From NCBI GenBank assembly GCA_008632985.1, contig QPGO01000010.1, positions 434,001-498,000 of the forward strand: 64,000 nucleotides of DNA, read 5' to 3'. The notes beneath the pieces are model-generated. The model was not told the origin of the DNA. It searched no databases and was given only the letters and a program-made list of their open reading frames with translations. Both the position numbers and the translations under genes were made by a program. Origin of the DNA: Psammoneis japonica (lineage: Eukaryota). This document shows positions 24,339-35,051 of the stretch, piece after piece. The stretch's first letter is position 1. Each line of letters starts with the position of its first letter.

Positions 24339-26136
24339 ATGGTGCGATGCTTGGAGGATCCGAAGACAACAAAGCTGCTTGGATGTCCTGAACTCCCCAT
24401 CTGATGAACCGGTTGAACTGTTGTGAACAGATTCAATGACGGGAAAAGGAGGCTCCCCATCAGGAGACACGAGAAGCAAGTTGTCACCTCCATCAATTCC
24501 CAAACGAAGACTGTGAAGGGTGACAGCGACAGAAGTCGACACGTGGAGGTTGGCAGCACGTGGTTTGCAGGGTGCAAAGACTGCAGCTTTGGAAGCCATG
24601 GGTGGAGTGTCCCAACTGGTCTCGAAGTGCGGGCCTGTGCAAGGGCTGCAATCCTGCACTGGGCCGAGGTTGCTTGCAGGCGGGTTGGTCAAGACATGCG
24701 GGGTGCGACTGACACCACTTCTAGGAGACACCTGAGTGGCGGCACAGTGCAAGGCTGGTGTCAAAATGGCACTGGGTTCATCTGGTTTGGATGGCAAGGG
24801 ACTCGGCACAGGTGCGGAGGGTGCTGCGCCAGTGGCTAGAGAGGTCAAGCAGTCCGGACCAAGGCGGCAGTTGCGAAATTCCTCGGGTGTGAGCAACTGG
24901 GGTTCATTGGTCACATCATCACCGTTGCAAACTTTGACAAAGCAGAAGCTGATCAAAGCTGCTAGGAGGTTTCTGTGGGTCTGTGGCAAAGGCACTACAT
25001 TGGCCCGTCTCTGTAAGTGAGGGCGTCAATTTGGGTGGGTAAGAACGTGAACAATTCCTCGCACGATTCAATCCCGTTGATGGACAGGGCAGAACGAAGA
25101 GGGCTGTCATCGTCTTGATTGAGCACAGTGCCTAGAATGTGTTTGAAGCTTTCGGTTTGTTGCTGTCACGTGAGAACCATGACGGAGGACGGTGCAGTGG
25201 AAACAAAAGACAGGAACCAATCTAGAGCGCGATCTTGACTCGGAGTTTTGACTTGGAACTTGGCTTGAAAAAGACGTGACTTGAGCTGGACTTGACTTGA
25301 AATCTTGGACTGTCTTAAAATCAGAAGTCGCCGGGTTGTGCCATCCCGTTCGTTGTCAAGTGCTAAACTTCCTGTCCGGTCCGTAGAGTTGTGCCGGCAC
25401 GTTCGAACCCGCAGCCAGTGGTGCTTTGGGTTGCTTGCGAGCGGAGTGGCGGGTTGCAAACCCCTGCAGGCAAGCTGACCAGAGGTGGACAAGACCCCCG
25501 AACCGTTCTTATTTTGTGTCGGTTGGATTTCCCGATCAGGCTGGCCAGTTGACGCAGGTGTCAGGCGCTGTGGACGAACGAACAAACGCGGGAAAGCACC
25601 CTCGCCCCAACGCAGGCTGCAATCATGGCCACTTGCTCTCACAGTCATCCTCGTGGACCTGGTGGAACTGCAGAGCACCAGCAGTCCGGGGTAGATCAGG
25701 TGCAATGGACTCGGTGTGCTTGTAGAGTGGCAGCAAAACCGCAGTCCGAAGAGTGGGCACAGGTTCTTGGCCGTGAAGACATGCACACATGTGCATGTCT
25801 TCAGCGATGCAGATCCTTGAACATGTGGGGTTCTTGACTGTTAACTGATGAATGGGTGCATCAAGGGATGAGGATCAAGGATGGACTTGGATGTGACCGT
25901 TGAATGCATGTCTTCAGTGATCAAAGGCAGTGTGATCAATCCAGACATCCAGCGGTGAGGAGACTTGACGGTGACGTTAACTTCCTGCCGATGCCCTGGT
26001 GTTGAATGCGCGTAGACTTGCCGATGTATGTAGAACATATACGGAGGTCCACGCAGAATTGAAATGGCGTCGTTGGTAAATCAACGACGACGATGGCGGT
26101 TGCTCAATGGGTTGACAATGAGCAAGACTGTCAATC

Positions 26137-26412
26137 TGACAGAAATTGAAGGCAAATGGCAAGAATTCAAACAATGACTCCTTGCTGCTGTCTAAACAGC
26201 AGATGAGTCTCCACTCAGAGACCGTTGCAGGAGCCGAAAGACGTGCAAGTCGGTGTGATCGGGCCACTGTCATTGTTCTTGTGAGCCTTTTGGCTCGAAA
26301 GCAAACTACATCGCGCGCGAACGCGCGGAACTGAAGCACACAAAACTGTGCGCGGTAAACTAAACAGCGCGCAACATTTCGCGCGCACCCAAATCCTGTT
26401 CAAATCCTGTCA
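26137..26412 (-). repeat. 5' LTR (276 bp)
   Basis: Direct repeat of 22629-22904, followed by TSD GTCCA. Confidence 0.92.
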
Positions 26413-28049
26413 GTCCATGCAACCGTGATCAGTTCGACCGACCTGCATTTGGAATTGTGACTTTCTGTTTCAATGCGGAATTCGATCCGACCGACGACGA
26501 TGATGTCTTTGACCTCTCCCTCATGGCCCTGCATGAAATTGGCCATGCGCTGGGCTTTCTGAGTCAATTGACTCCCCACTTCCGGCAGCGTCACATCCCG
26601 GACTGTGCCTTGTGTGAATGGAGTTGATCAAACCATTCCATTCGCTGGTGAAAACACACTCAAGGCATTTGTTATGAGCCCCGGTGCATCTGGGCAAGAG
26701 CGCATGCACTGCGAAGTCGTGACGCCAAAAGTTGGGGAAGTTGCTCGCAATCTGTTTGACTGTCAGTCGCTGGATGGAGCTCGTCTTGAAAACTGACCAA
26801 CATCATCCGATTGTGCCAGCAACCATTGGGATGAACACTTCTTTTTCTCCGAAATCATGTCAGCCATTCTGAACCAAGCTGGTGACGGACAGGGGGTCGT
26901 GCCATCACCCCTCACCCTGGCCTTTTTTGAAGACAGCGGATGGCATTTGGCATCCCATGAAAATGCAGGACTGGCGGGCTGTGGCCTTGGGCTCGGTTGT
27001 GACTTCGTGGAGGGTGATTGCATCGTGAACAATCAAGTGCCAGAATGTGGTCAGGGCATCTTCTGCAGTGCTGCGCACAATCCCAGTCCCGACGTTGCAA
27101 ATCCGCAGCACTGCGATCCAACTCACATGAGCTTCTGCCACTGTGATCTAATTGACCCAACATTTCTTGCTGCGAACAGAACTGCGAATGATCGCACTTC
27201 ACATTTTTCGAATCCCAATCTGGTCACTCTGGCTGACACACAGCACAACTTTTGTCCTTTGCCATTGCTCCATGCACCATTGGTTCCAGACCAACCTGGC
27301 AGCTTGGACCTGGTGGACTGCACAGATGAAATGACAGACACTGGAAACTCGGTTTTTGAGGACGAAACGCATGGAGCCAACAGCAGGTGTGTGAGTGCAG
27401 CCATTCCAGGCTTTGTTGCACGCCCAGCCTGTCTTCCCATTGCATGCGACAGCGAGAACTTTCAGGTTGTTGTGGGTGGCAGGGCGTGTGAGTTTGATGG
27501 TCAGATGCACACAATCTCCCCGCTCCCGGCATGCCAAGGGGTCCCAGAGAGTGCATTTGTTTGTCCACGGTTGTCTCTGGTTTGTCCCAATCTGTTTGGC
27601 TGTCCTGGTGCATGTTCGGGTTGTGGAGTTTGCAACTGCAGTGTCACCCCACCGAGATGTGAGTGCTTTAGCTCAGCCGATGTCGACAGCAGCTCTCCTC
27701 TTTGCGCGGCGGCGGCAGTGCAGCTTCCCACTCCTCCAACTGAATCGCCTTCAACGTCTGGAAGCCGTGCTGCGGCTGCACTCTCTTTGCTGAATGCAGT
27801 CGTTGTTTGTTTCCTTTTCAATGCATGGGTTTGGTGATTGGCGAAACAGATCTTACAAGACACCAGCCGCCGGACGGCCTGTTGCAGCAGAGGTCATTTT
27901 TGTGCATCTTCACCAGTTTCTTCATTGTCGCGAATGTACAGCCAGTTCAACCTTTTTAAAAGATGTCAAACAGATCATCACTCGTGCCGTGACTTTCATT
28001 GAAATGACCGTTTCAAGCTTTCGTTGGCAATTGACAAGCAAATTGCTGT

Positions 28050-28834
28050 AAAAGGAATGCCACAAGGTGCCACATCACGATGAAATCACATCACCTCGCC
28101 CAGGGACATGAGAGATGTTTTTCCTAGACAAGGAGTCAAGAGCCCAGAAAGAAATGAGTGGCACGGCAGAAGGGTGCATCAAAGAAGCTGCTGCTGGAGC
28201 AGATGAGCAGAAGGGGCACGTGACGCATGGCGCACAGGGCATTTTGTAGAGGGGGTGGTGGAAGTGCCCATGCAAAAGGCAGAGAGGAAGTGAAAAGCAT
28301 GAGAGGAGAGGAGAGGTGTGGTGTTGAAACTGAGAGTCTGGTGAGTTTCCCACTGAGAGGGGGGGGAGGAGTGGTGGGCACTGCTCAAGCGATCACTGGC
28401 AAGTTGATTCTGGGCAAAGTCAGCAGAGGGAAGGAGAGAGGAGGGAGAAGTGAGCACATGGAGGAAGGCAGAGCAGGAAGTGCCAGAGTCTTGCAAGGCA
28501 GACAGCAATGGCCATGGATGCTGGGGCTGAGAGCTGTGGCCCCACCCTGCCACCAGGGCAAAGGGGCCGGGTGGAAGCACATGACGAATTGAGCCACCAG
28601 CTGGAGCAGTGCACCAGCTCGCCACACATGGTGCATGCCATGCACAATGCACACACCAAGAAAATGGTGGGCACCACACAGCAACAGCATGCAAACATGT
28701 GGAGAAGAGTGTTTGCTTTGCTCGTGGACCTTTCAAGCAACAAAGCACAAGCAGGTCAGCTGGGCTGGCCTCCAGTGTTGCTGGAAGAGAAAAGGCAGGT
28801 TTTTTGAGGCCACAGCAGCCAAAAACCAGCAGCT

Positions 28835-28865
<31 letters not shown>

Positions 28866-29845
28866 TGAACAAACAATCAAAATTGGTGAAGCCAATTTTC
28901 CGTCAAATGTGACAAACAAATGACACAAGCAGCTGAGGCAGAGCCACACTCAATCAGACATTTGTGTCCAACTGTTTCAGTGCAAATGGCAGGCACAACA
29001 AGGTTGACCAAAGTCAGGAGAATGGGGCTTTCAAGAGCAAATGAATGAATGAACAAATGAATGAATGAATTGAGTGAGTGAATGAATGAATGAATGAATG
29101 AATGAATGAACAAAATTGTGCAGCCAATGTTCCATGAAATGTGACAAACAAATCTGAGGCAGCTGAGGCAGAGCTGCTGCTCAGATGCTCATGTCCAAGC
29201 TGCCGCCACAGCAAATGGCGGGCACAATGGCATTGGCCAAAATCAGGGTTGAGACTTTTGCAGCAGCACACGTGCAAAGAGGAGGGCTTGCTTTGCACAT
29301 GGCCCTTCTTGCAGAGGCAAAGCAGGTCAGCTGGGCTGGTCTCAGGCATTGCTGGAAGAGAAAAAGCAGGCTTTCTGAGGCTTCTGCTGGACAGCAGCCA
29401 AGAACCAGCAGCTTTTCTCTTTCTGATGTGCTCCAGCTTCAGGTGGGACCTTGAGCTGCTGAATTGTGACATGAAGAGTTTTTTGGATCGTGCAGCATGT
29501 CGCGCACGCAGGTGGCTGCACAGTGTGACAATCTGTGAAATTGTCCCATGCTTCCAGTTTTGCAAAGCCAAAGGCTTTCTATTTTCAACATCCACAAGAA
29601 TGAAAATGTGCTGGGCACATTCTTTGATGTTTGCAGAACACACCCGGGTGAACTGTCGATGATGCACTTCAAGTGTGAAGGAGGAGATGTGTTCATAAAA
29701 ATCACCTCTTTTTCTGTTGGCAATCATTCACATTTTCATCGCTTGACAAATTTGCTGTGGAGCTTGCACATGGAATTCCACGGGCCTGATGTCACATGGA
29801 GCCCCGCCCAGGGCTGGAACCTGTCTTCTTTCAAACAACGACGAA

Positions 29846-29894
<49 letters not shown>

Positions 29895-30200
29895 GCACAC
29901 ACACGCACACACCTCCTGTTGGCAACCTGGAAAATTTGTGGCATTGGCAAGCTGGCCAGAGAAGCACACAAATGAAAGTGTTTTTTGTTTCTTTTGCCCC
30001 GGCGAGCAATGAGCAATGATGGCCAGACCTCACCAAAGACATTTTTTTCATGCAAGCATGAGCTTTTTCTTCTTGTTTTGTGTTGGCTCACCACAAAACA
30101 AAAAGGAAACACTGCATTGTTTGCGACCTTGACTTCTCCCACAAAAGCAACCCATTGCTTCATTTGTTTCTCACTGCTCGTGAATCAGGAACGTGAATTG
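28050..30200. repeat. TpA-depleted degenerate repeat region with internal duplications and microsatellites
   Basis: 28750-28810 resembles 29320-29380, and 28880-28945 resembles 29110-29175. (CT)n near 28840 and 29850; (TGAA)n at 29041-29110; very few TA. Confidence 0.65.
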
Positions 30201-30622
30201 AAAAAAGGCGGAATCGCTCGCGGCGACCCACGGTCATCGCACTTGGGTCAGCGTGTCGCGTTCGGTGTTTGCACGTGAATCACGAACGGGAATGGAAAAT
30301 GGCGGGAAATGGGAGGTCTGACGAAATGACGATCCGCGAATAACCGACCGCGAATGCCAAACCCAAATGCCAATCACACATCTGCGTGTTCGCACTTTGC
30401 ACGATTGGTTGTCGAGATGTTGGAGGCCTTCTGTATCCTGTATCTTGCATGCAATCCAACAAGAACAAGCGGAAGGGGACACATCCATACCAAGGAAAGG
30501 AGTTGATACATAGAGTCATCTAATTGCAGCACACGAGATCTCTCGTCGTACCGCAGCGTTTCCTGAATTCAAACAGCTATTGCAAGATCGCTGTCTCCTC
30601 CTTTCCCGTTTTGACTGTGACG

Positions 30623-33073
30623 ATGGAAATCTGGCTCCTGTATGTTCTCAGGGCTCTCCTCTTTCTGAGCCTCTTTGCCAGGAACGATGCACTTGAGAAA
30701 CTCCTTCGCAAAAAAGATCCTCATCAGTCGGTGTCCGTGTCGAAACGTCGCAGCAAGGCGGAGAGGTTACAACGACTCAGGAATCACGTTACCGCTCCCT
30801 ACCATCCGGAGGTCCGGGTTCTCCTTGACCAGTATCATCAACAAGATCCCATCCCGGTAGACTATGGTGGACGACATCCCTTTGAACGACGCCGTGGGCT
30901 TGACGATAATTCAAGGCTGGGTCCCGTGCAAGATGTAGAATACGGCAACAGAGATGAGATGGCGCCCATTCGAATCCGGTTTGTCACGGAAATCCTTGAA
31001 GAGCAGCTAGGTGCAGCAACCGATGAAGCCAACGTTGCAAAAGGGGATGCGATTTTGAATAAGGTACTTCCTGCCATACAGGAGGAATGGTCCTCACACT
31101 TGTCTGTATTCCAAGCATCTGGTGCACTCGCAGTCAACAGTGAGACGTGTCTTGGAAATTACGAAAGAATCCCGCTATTACAGTCTTTCTTAGAAACTGG
31201 TATTAGCGATGCAGACATTGCACTTATTGCACAAGCAACAGTCTGCGACCAAGGCCTGTTGGCCTTCGCCGGTCCCTGTAACCGTGATCAGTTCGACCGA
31301 CCTACCTTTGGAATTGTCTCGTTCTGTACTAATGCGGACTTCGACCCGACGGATGACGATGATGTATTTGATCTCTCGCTTGTGGCCATCCATGAAATTG
31401 CCCATGCATTAGGTTTTCTCAGTCAGTTGACTCCCTACTTCCGAGATGCGACGGGGGAGCCGCTGACGCCGCGAACGGCAAGTGGCGGCGTTGCATCCCG
31501 GACGGTGCCTTGTGTGAATGGAACTGATCAAAACATCCCATTCGCCAATGAAAATACGCTGAAGGCGTTCATTACGACCCCCGGTATATCTGGCAAGGAG
31601 CGCCTTCATTACGAAGTCGTGACTCCGAAAGTGAGGGCAGTCGCTCGGAATTTGTTCGATTGTCAGTCGCTGAGTGGGGCTCGTTTTGAAAACCGACCAA
31701 CGCTTCCTGATTGCGCCGGAAACCATTGGGATGAACGTTTCTTTTACTCGGAACTCCTCTCGCCCCTTCTAAACCCATCTGGAGATGGTCAGGGTGCCGT
31801 GTTGTCACCTCTGACCCTCGCTTTTTTTGAAGACAGTGGATGGTATCGTGCGTCTTACGAAAACGTTGGACTGGCAGGGTATGGCCTTGGACTTGGTTGT
31901 GACTTTGTGGAGAGGGACTGCATCGTGAATGACCAAGTGCCAGAGTATGGTGAAGGCATCTTCTGTAGTACTCCGTACAATCCAAATCCGGACGCCGCAA
32001 ATCCGCAGTACTGCGACGCAACGCACACGAGCTTTCGTTACTGTGGTCTGATCGATCGAAGATTTCTAAATAACTTTACTCCGGATGATCCAATCTTGTA
32101 TTTTTCGGATCCTAATCTGATTACTGTGGCCAACAGACAGTATGACTTTTGTCCTTTGCCATTGCTCGACGATTCATTTGTGCCGGATCAACTTGGCAGC
32201 TTGGACTTGGTAGACTGCACAGATGAAATGACCGACGCTGGAAATTCTGTTTTTGAAGACGAAACGTATGGAGCCAATAGCAGGTGCGTGAATACAGCCA
32301 TTCCTGGCTTTGCTGCACGCCCAGCCTGTCTTCCTATCGTGTGCGACAGCGAGAACTCTCAAGTTATTGTGGGTGGCCGGGTATGTGAGTTTGATGGCCA
32401 GATGCACACAATCTCCCTGCTCCCTGCTTTCCAAGGAGTTCCAGAGAGTACATTTGTTTGTCCACGGTTGTCGCTGGTTTGTCCCGATCTGTTTGGCTGT
32501 CCTGGTGCGTGCTCGGGTCGTGGAGTGTGTAATTACAGTGTCACTCCACCGAGATGCGAGTGCTTCAACTCAGCCGATATCGACAGTAGCTCTCCTCTTT
32601 GCGCGGCAGCAGCAGTGCAGCTTCCCACCCCTCCAAGTGATCAGCCTTCGACATCTGGAAGCAGTACCCCTACTGCACAACCTTCGACATCTGGAAGCAG
32701 CACCCCAACTGAACAGCCTTCGACATCTGCGAATAATACTGCGGGAAGCAGCACACCAACTGAGCAGCCTTCGACATCTGGAAGCAGCCCCCCAACGGCA
32801 CAACCTTCGACAACCGTAAGCAGTACCCCGACTGATCGGCCTTCGACGTCTGGAAGCAGCACCCCAACTGAACGGCCTTCGACGTCTGCGAGTAGTACTA
32901 CCCCGACTGGCCCGCCTACAACGCCTGGAAGCAGCACTCCGACGGAAGCGTTCACATCACCTAGAAGCAGTGCTCCTACGGAATCACCCACCCCGTCTGG
33001 AAGCCGTGCTGTTGCTGCACTCTCTTTGAACACAGTTGTCTTTTTGTTTCTCGTCAATATATGGGTTCGATGA
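30623..33073 (+). CDS. Leishmanolysin/GP63-like zinc metalloprotease (peptidase M8), probably GPI-anchored
   Basis: Signal peptide (MEIWLLYVLRALLFLSLFA), HEIAHALG zincin motif, HWDERFF..ELL, LTLAFFEDSGWY, EGF-like CPGACSGRGVC, S/T-rich 12-aa repeats and a hydrophobic C-terminal tail. Confidence 0.93.
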   Translation: MEIWLLYVLRALLFLSLFARNDALEKLLRKKDPHQSVSVSKRRSKAERLQRLRNHVTAPYHPEVRVLLDQYHQQDPIPVDYGGRHPFERRRGLDDNSRLGPVQDVEYGNRDEMAPIRIRFVTEILEEQLGAATDEANVAKGDAILNKVLPAIQEEWSSHLSVFQASGALAVNSETCLGNYERIPLLQSFLETGISDADIALIAQATVCDQGLLAFAGPCNRDQFDRPTFGIVSFCTNADFDPTDDDDVFDLSLVAIHEIAHALGFLSQLTPYFRDATGEPLTPRTASGGVASRTVPCVNGTDQNIPFANENTLKAFITTPGISGKERLHYEVVTPKVRAVARNLFDCQSLSGARFENRPTLPDCAGNHWDERFFYSELLSPLLNPSGDGQGAVLSPLTLAFFEDSGWYRASYENVGLAGYGLGLGCDFVERDCIVNDQVPEYGEGIFCSTPYNPNPDAANPQYCDATHTSFRYCGLIDRRFLNNFTPDDPILYFSDPNLITVANRQYDFCPLPLLDDSFVPDQLGSLDLVDCTDEMTDAGNSVFEDETYGANSRCVNTAIPGFAARPACLPIVCDSENSQVIVGGRVCEFDGQMHTISLLPAFQGVPESTFVCPRLSLVCPDLFGCPGACSGRGVCNYSVTPPRCECFNSADIDSSSPLCAAAAVQLPTPPSDQPSTSGSSTPTAQPSTSGSSTPTEQPSTSANNTAGSSTPTEQPSTSGSSPPTAQPSTTVSSTPTDRPSTSGSSTPTERPSTSASSTTPTGPPTTPGSSTPTEAFTSPRSSAPTESPTPSGSRAVAALSLNTVVFLFLVNIWVR

Positions 33074-33819
33074 TTGACTTAATACCATGCCAAGGTCCAT
33101 TCCCGTGCCTTTTGTACGTCTAGAGAGCTCTTCGTTCTCGACATAATCATTTTGCTCCCGATCAGCGTGGTTGGTGACCCGTGCAGGAATAATGATAGAG
33201 CAAGGATACGGTAGGATTGAGGAACAATCCCCGCCAGCCTTATCCTTGTAGTTTCTGTTCGAGGCTGTGCGTTCACTTCCAAAAGTTACAGATGAAGACC
33301 GTTAACTTGGCGGATGCCATAGAGAGATCTCCACGTATCTTGAGTTATCTGTATCTGCGATTCTTGCTGTTCTCGCCCAAAAAGTAAATAACTTGCAGAT
33401 TTGGTTTGTAGAAAATGGAGGAATACTGAGTAAATGTCACCAACCTTGTCCTGTTCCAAAGGCATTAGCGACAGTAACACCGGTACCTCTCTCACTCTAG
33501 TCTCTAGAGTAGAGGGCTCTACTCTACTAGAGCTAGAGTAGAGACTAGAGTTAAGTAAGTTATGGTAAGTAAGTAAGTCGTTGGGAACAGACGAGAAGCA
33601 CAAACAACGAAATTGGAAAGATCACGCACCGTTCATCCTCCTTCCGCCGAAGAGTCGCAGCGCCGCCGCGTCGCCGTCTCCACGACTGCCAATGGCGTCG
33701 CGGTTGACATCATTTGGATTTGAAAACAACAAACACACGCATGTACCAAGAACTACTCTAGCAACTAATAACACCCAAGACTAACAACTGCGACTATCAT
33801 CGTCAGATTCCGGTAGACA

Positions 33820-34597
33820 ATGTCGAGTAAAAACGGAGACAAATTCCATCCTGAAAACTATGAAGCGTGGTCTGCCGAGGAACTTGCGCATTACCTCAAG
33901 ACGAAATGTGGCTTGGGCAACTATGAGGAAGTGGTGAAGCAACATGATATTACGGGCAAGATCGCACCACGATTGGAGGAAAGTGACTTGAAGGAGATGG
34001 GTATCAAGTCTATTGGAGACCGCAAGCGATTCCAAGAAGCAATCGAAACTCTTCAGAAAAGTGCCAGAAAGAAGGAACGAGAAAAGGTGATTTGGCAGGG
34101 CGAAGAAGTTTTGTGGTTCTCTTGTTGGGACAGGGCGTGTGGTACTTGCTGTGGCTGTTGTCCCGCAGATCCAGCCACTTACGAATTGTCCGGGACTTAT
34201 CTTTCCATAAAGACGAACCATCCTTCACGTTGTGGTCCCATACGTTGTTGCTGTGGACATGAATTTGAAGTAGACAATGTGGTGAGTATTGCCGAAACTT
34301 GTATATCAGTCATATGTTACACCCTTTGCTTTTGTCAACCTGTAGTGCCTTGTTCTCAATTCAGTTCTCCTTTTCTGTTTTTCAAAGGATTTGACGTACA
34401 TTTCCGATGCAGATTTCAAGAGCGAGTCGGCGCCTTGCTTTCATCACGTTGTTTGCTGCGGCAAGGGTAGAGATACAATTACGATAAGCACCTCTAGCGG
34501 TCAAAAGGTCTTACACTTGCCAAAGGGAGAAGGTCAATCTGTGACGCGTAAAATCATGAATCAAGTGGAAGAAGCCCAACGGATTGAACGGGACTAA
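33820..34597 (+). CDS. SAM-domain protein with Cys-rich (palmitoylation-like) segment, 2 exons
   Basis: Exons 33820-34281 and 34388-34597. WSAEELAHYL...GLGNY...ITG.....LEESDLKEMGIKSIGDRKR SAM motif; CGTCCGCCP. Confidence 0.85.
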
Positions 34598-35051
34598 GCA
34601 ATTTGCAGCATCGAGGTCGTACTCATGTCATCGACTCACTCTACATAAGGAGAAGAATTGTAGCTTCTTACTGGATTGTGGGAACCTTTGAGTGGAAAAT
34701 GCTTTGGTCCTATACCTATGGTCTGAACCACTGCTCTGCTACACCTCTGTCCTGTAACCGTTCTCGTTTCTGGGACTGTAGATAATGACGCTCTTGGCTT
34801 GCAATACTGAATGATTCTACTGTGACCGACTCTTCGCATACACCTTCTTACGTCGCACCTCTCTAGTAGAGAACCTTCAACGAAAACGCCCATATTTTGT
34901 ATGCGCACATGCTGCCTAATAGCTTCCCGACCTTTCTGGGCACTATCATGAAGTGTACCGTACTGTGTTTGAAAGGCTAAAGATCCACAACGGGCTAAAT
35001 ACATGTGTAGTACAGGAACCTAGAGCTTTTAAACAAATTGTTTAAAACCCA

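Larger units (their letters stand above)
22629..26412 (-). mobile_element. Internally deleted Ty1/Copia (CoDi-like) LTR retroelement
   Basis: Two 276-bp LTRs (TG...CA); 5-bp TSD GTCCA at 22624-22628 and 26413-26417; purine tract GGGGAG next to the left LTR on the minus strand. ORF remnants LTPEEFRN(Y)RLGPD(Y)L (gag-like) and VNQTKL.SF..KRG(Y)GIPQDPK(Y)ALSFEKHNG..NWGDAAHL.M.L (resembles the pre-RT part of diatom Copia pol). No RT or integrase visible. Confidence 0.88.
21992..27837 (+). pseudogene. Leishmanolysin (peptidase M8) paralog, split by an LTR element and hypermutated at TpA
   Basis: 21992-22628 and 26413-27837 align to the intact gene at 30623-33073 (HEIGHALG motif still visible near 26530). 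Frameshift near 22510, internal deletion near 26585, CGA->TGA stop near 26795, and no Tyr codons left. Confidence 0.92.

Noticed and set aside
26120..26136. Primer-binding site of the LTR element
   Set aside because: The minus strand reads GATTGACAGTCTTGC, not a canonical TGG-starting PBS; cannot assign a tRNA, and the site may be mutated.
21992..27837. Alternative genetic code or RNA editing restoring Tyr in the paralog
   Set aside because: Synonymous and non-coding TA sites are changed too, and the copy has a TE insertion, a frameshift, a deletion and a stop.
21700..30200. Classical fungal RIP or simple CpG decay as the full explanation
   Set aside because: RIP creates TA and stop codons, whereas here TA is lost and conserved Tyr codons become His/Cys. 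CpG decay explains only the CG->TG/CA part.
27900..30250. Numerous overlapping ORFs as genes
   Set aside because: Tyr-free, Cys/His-rich, run through microsatellites and show no motifs; by-product of TA depletion.
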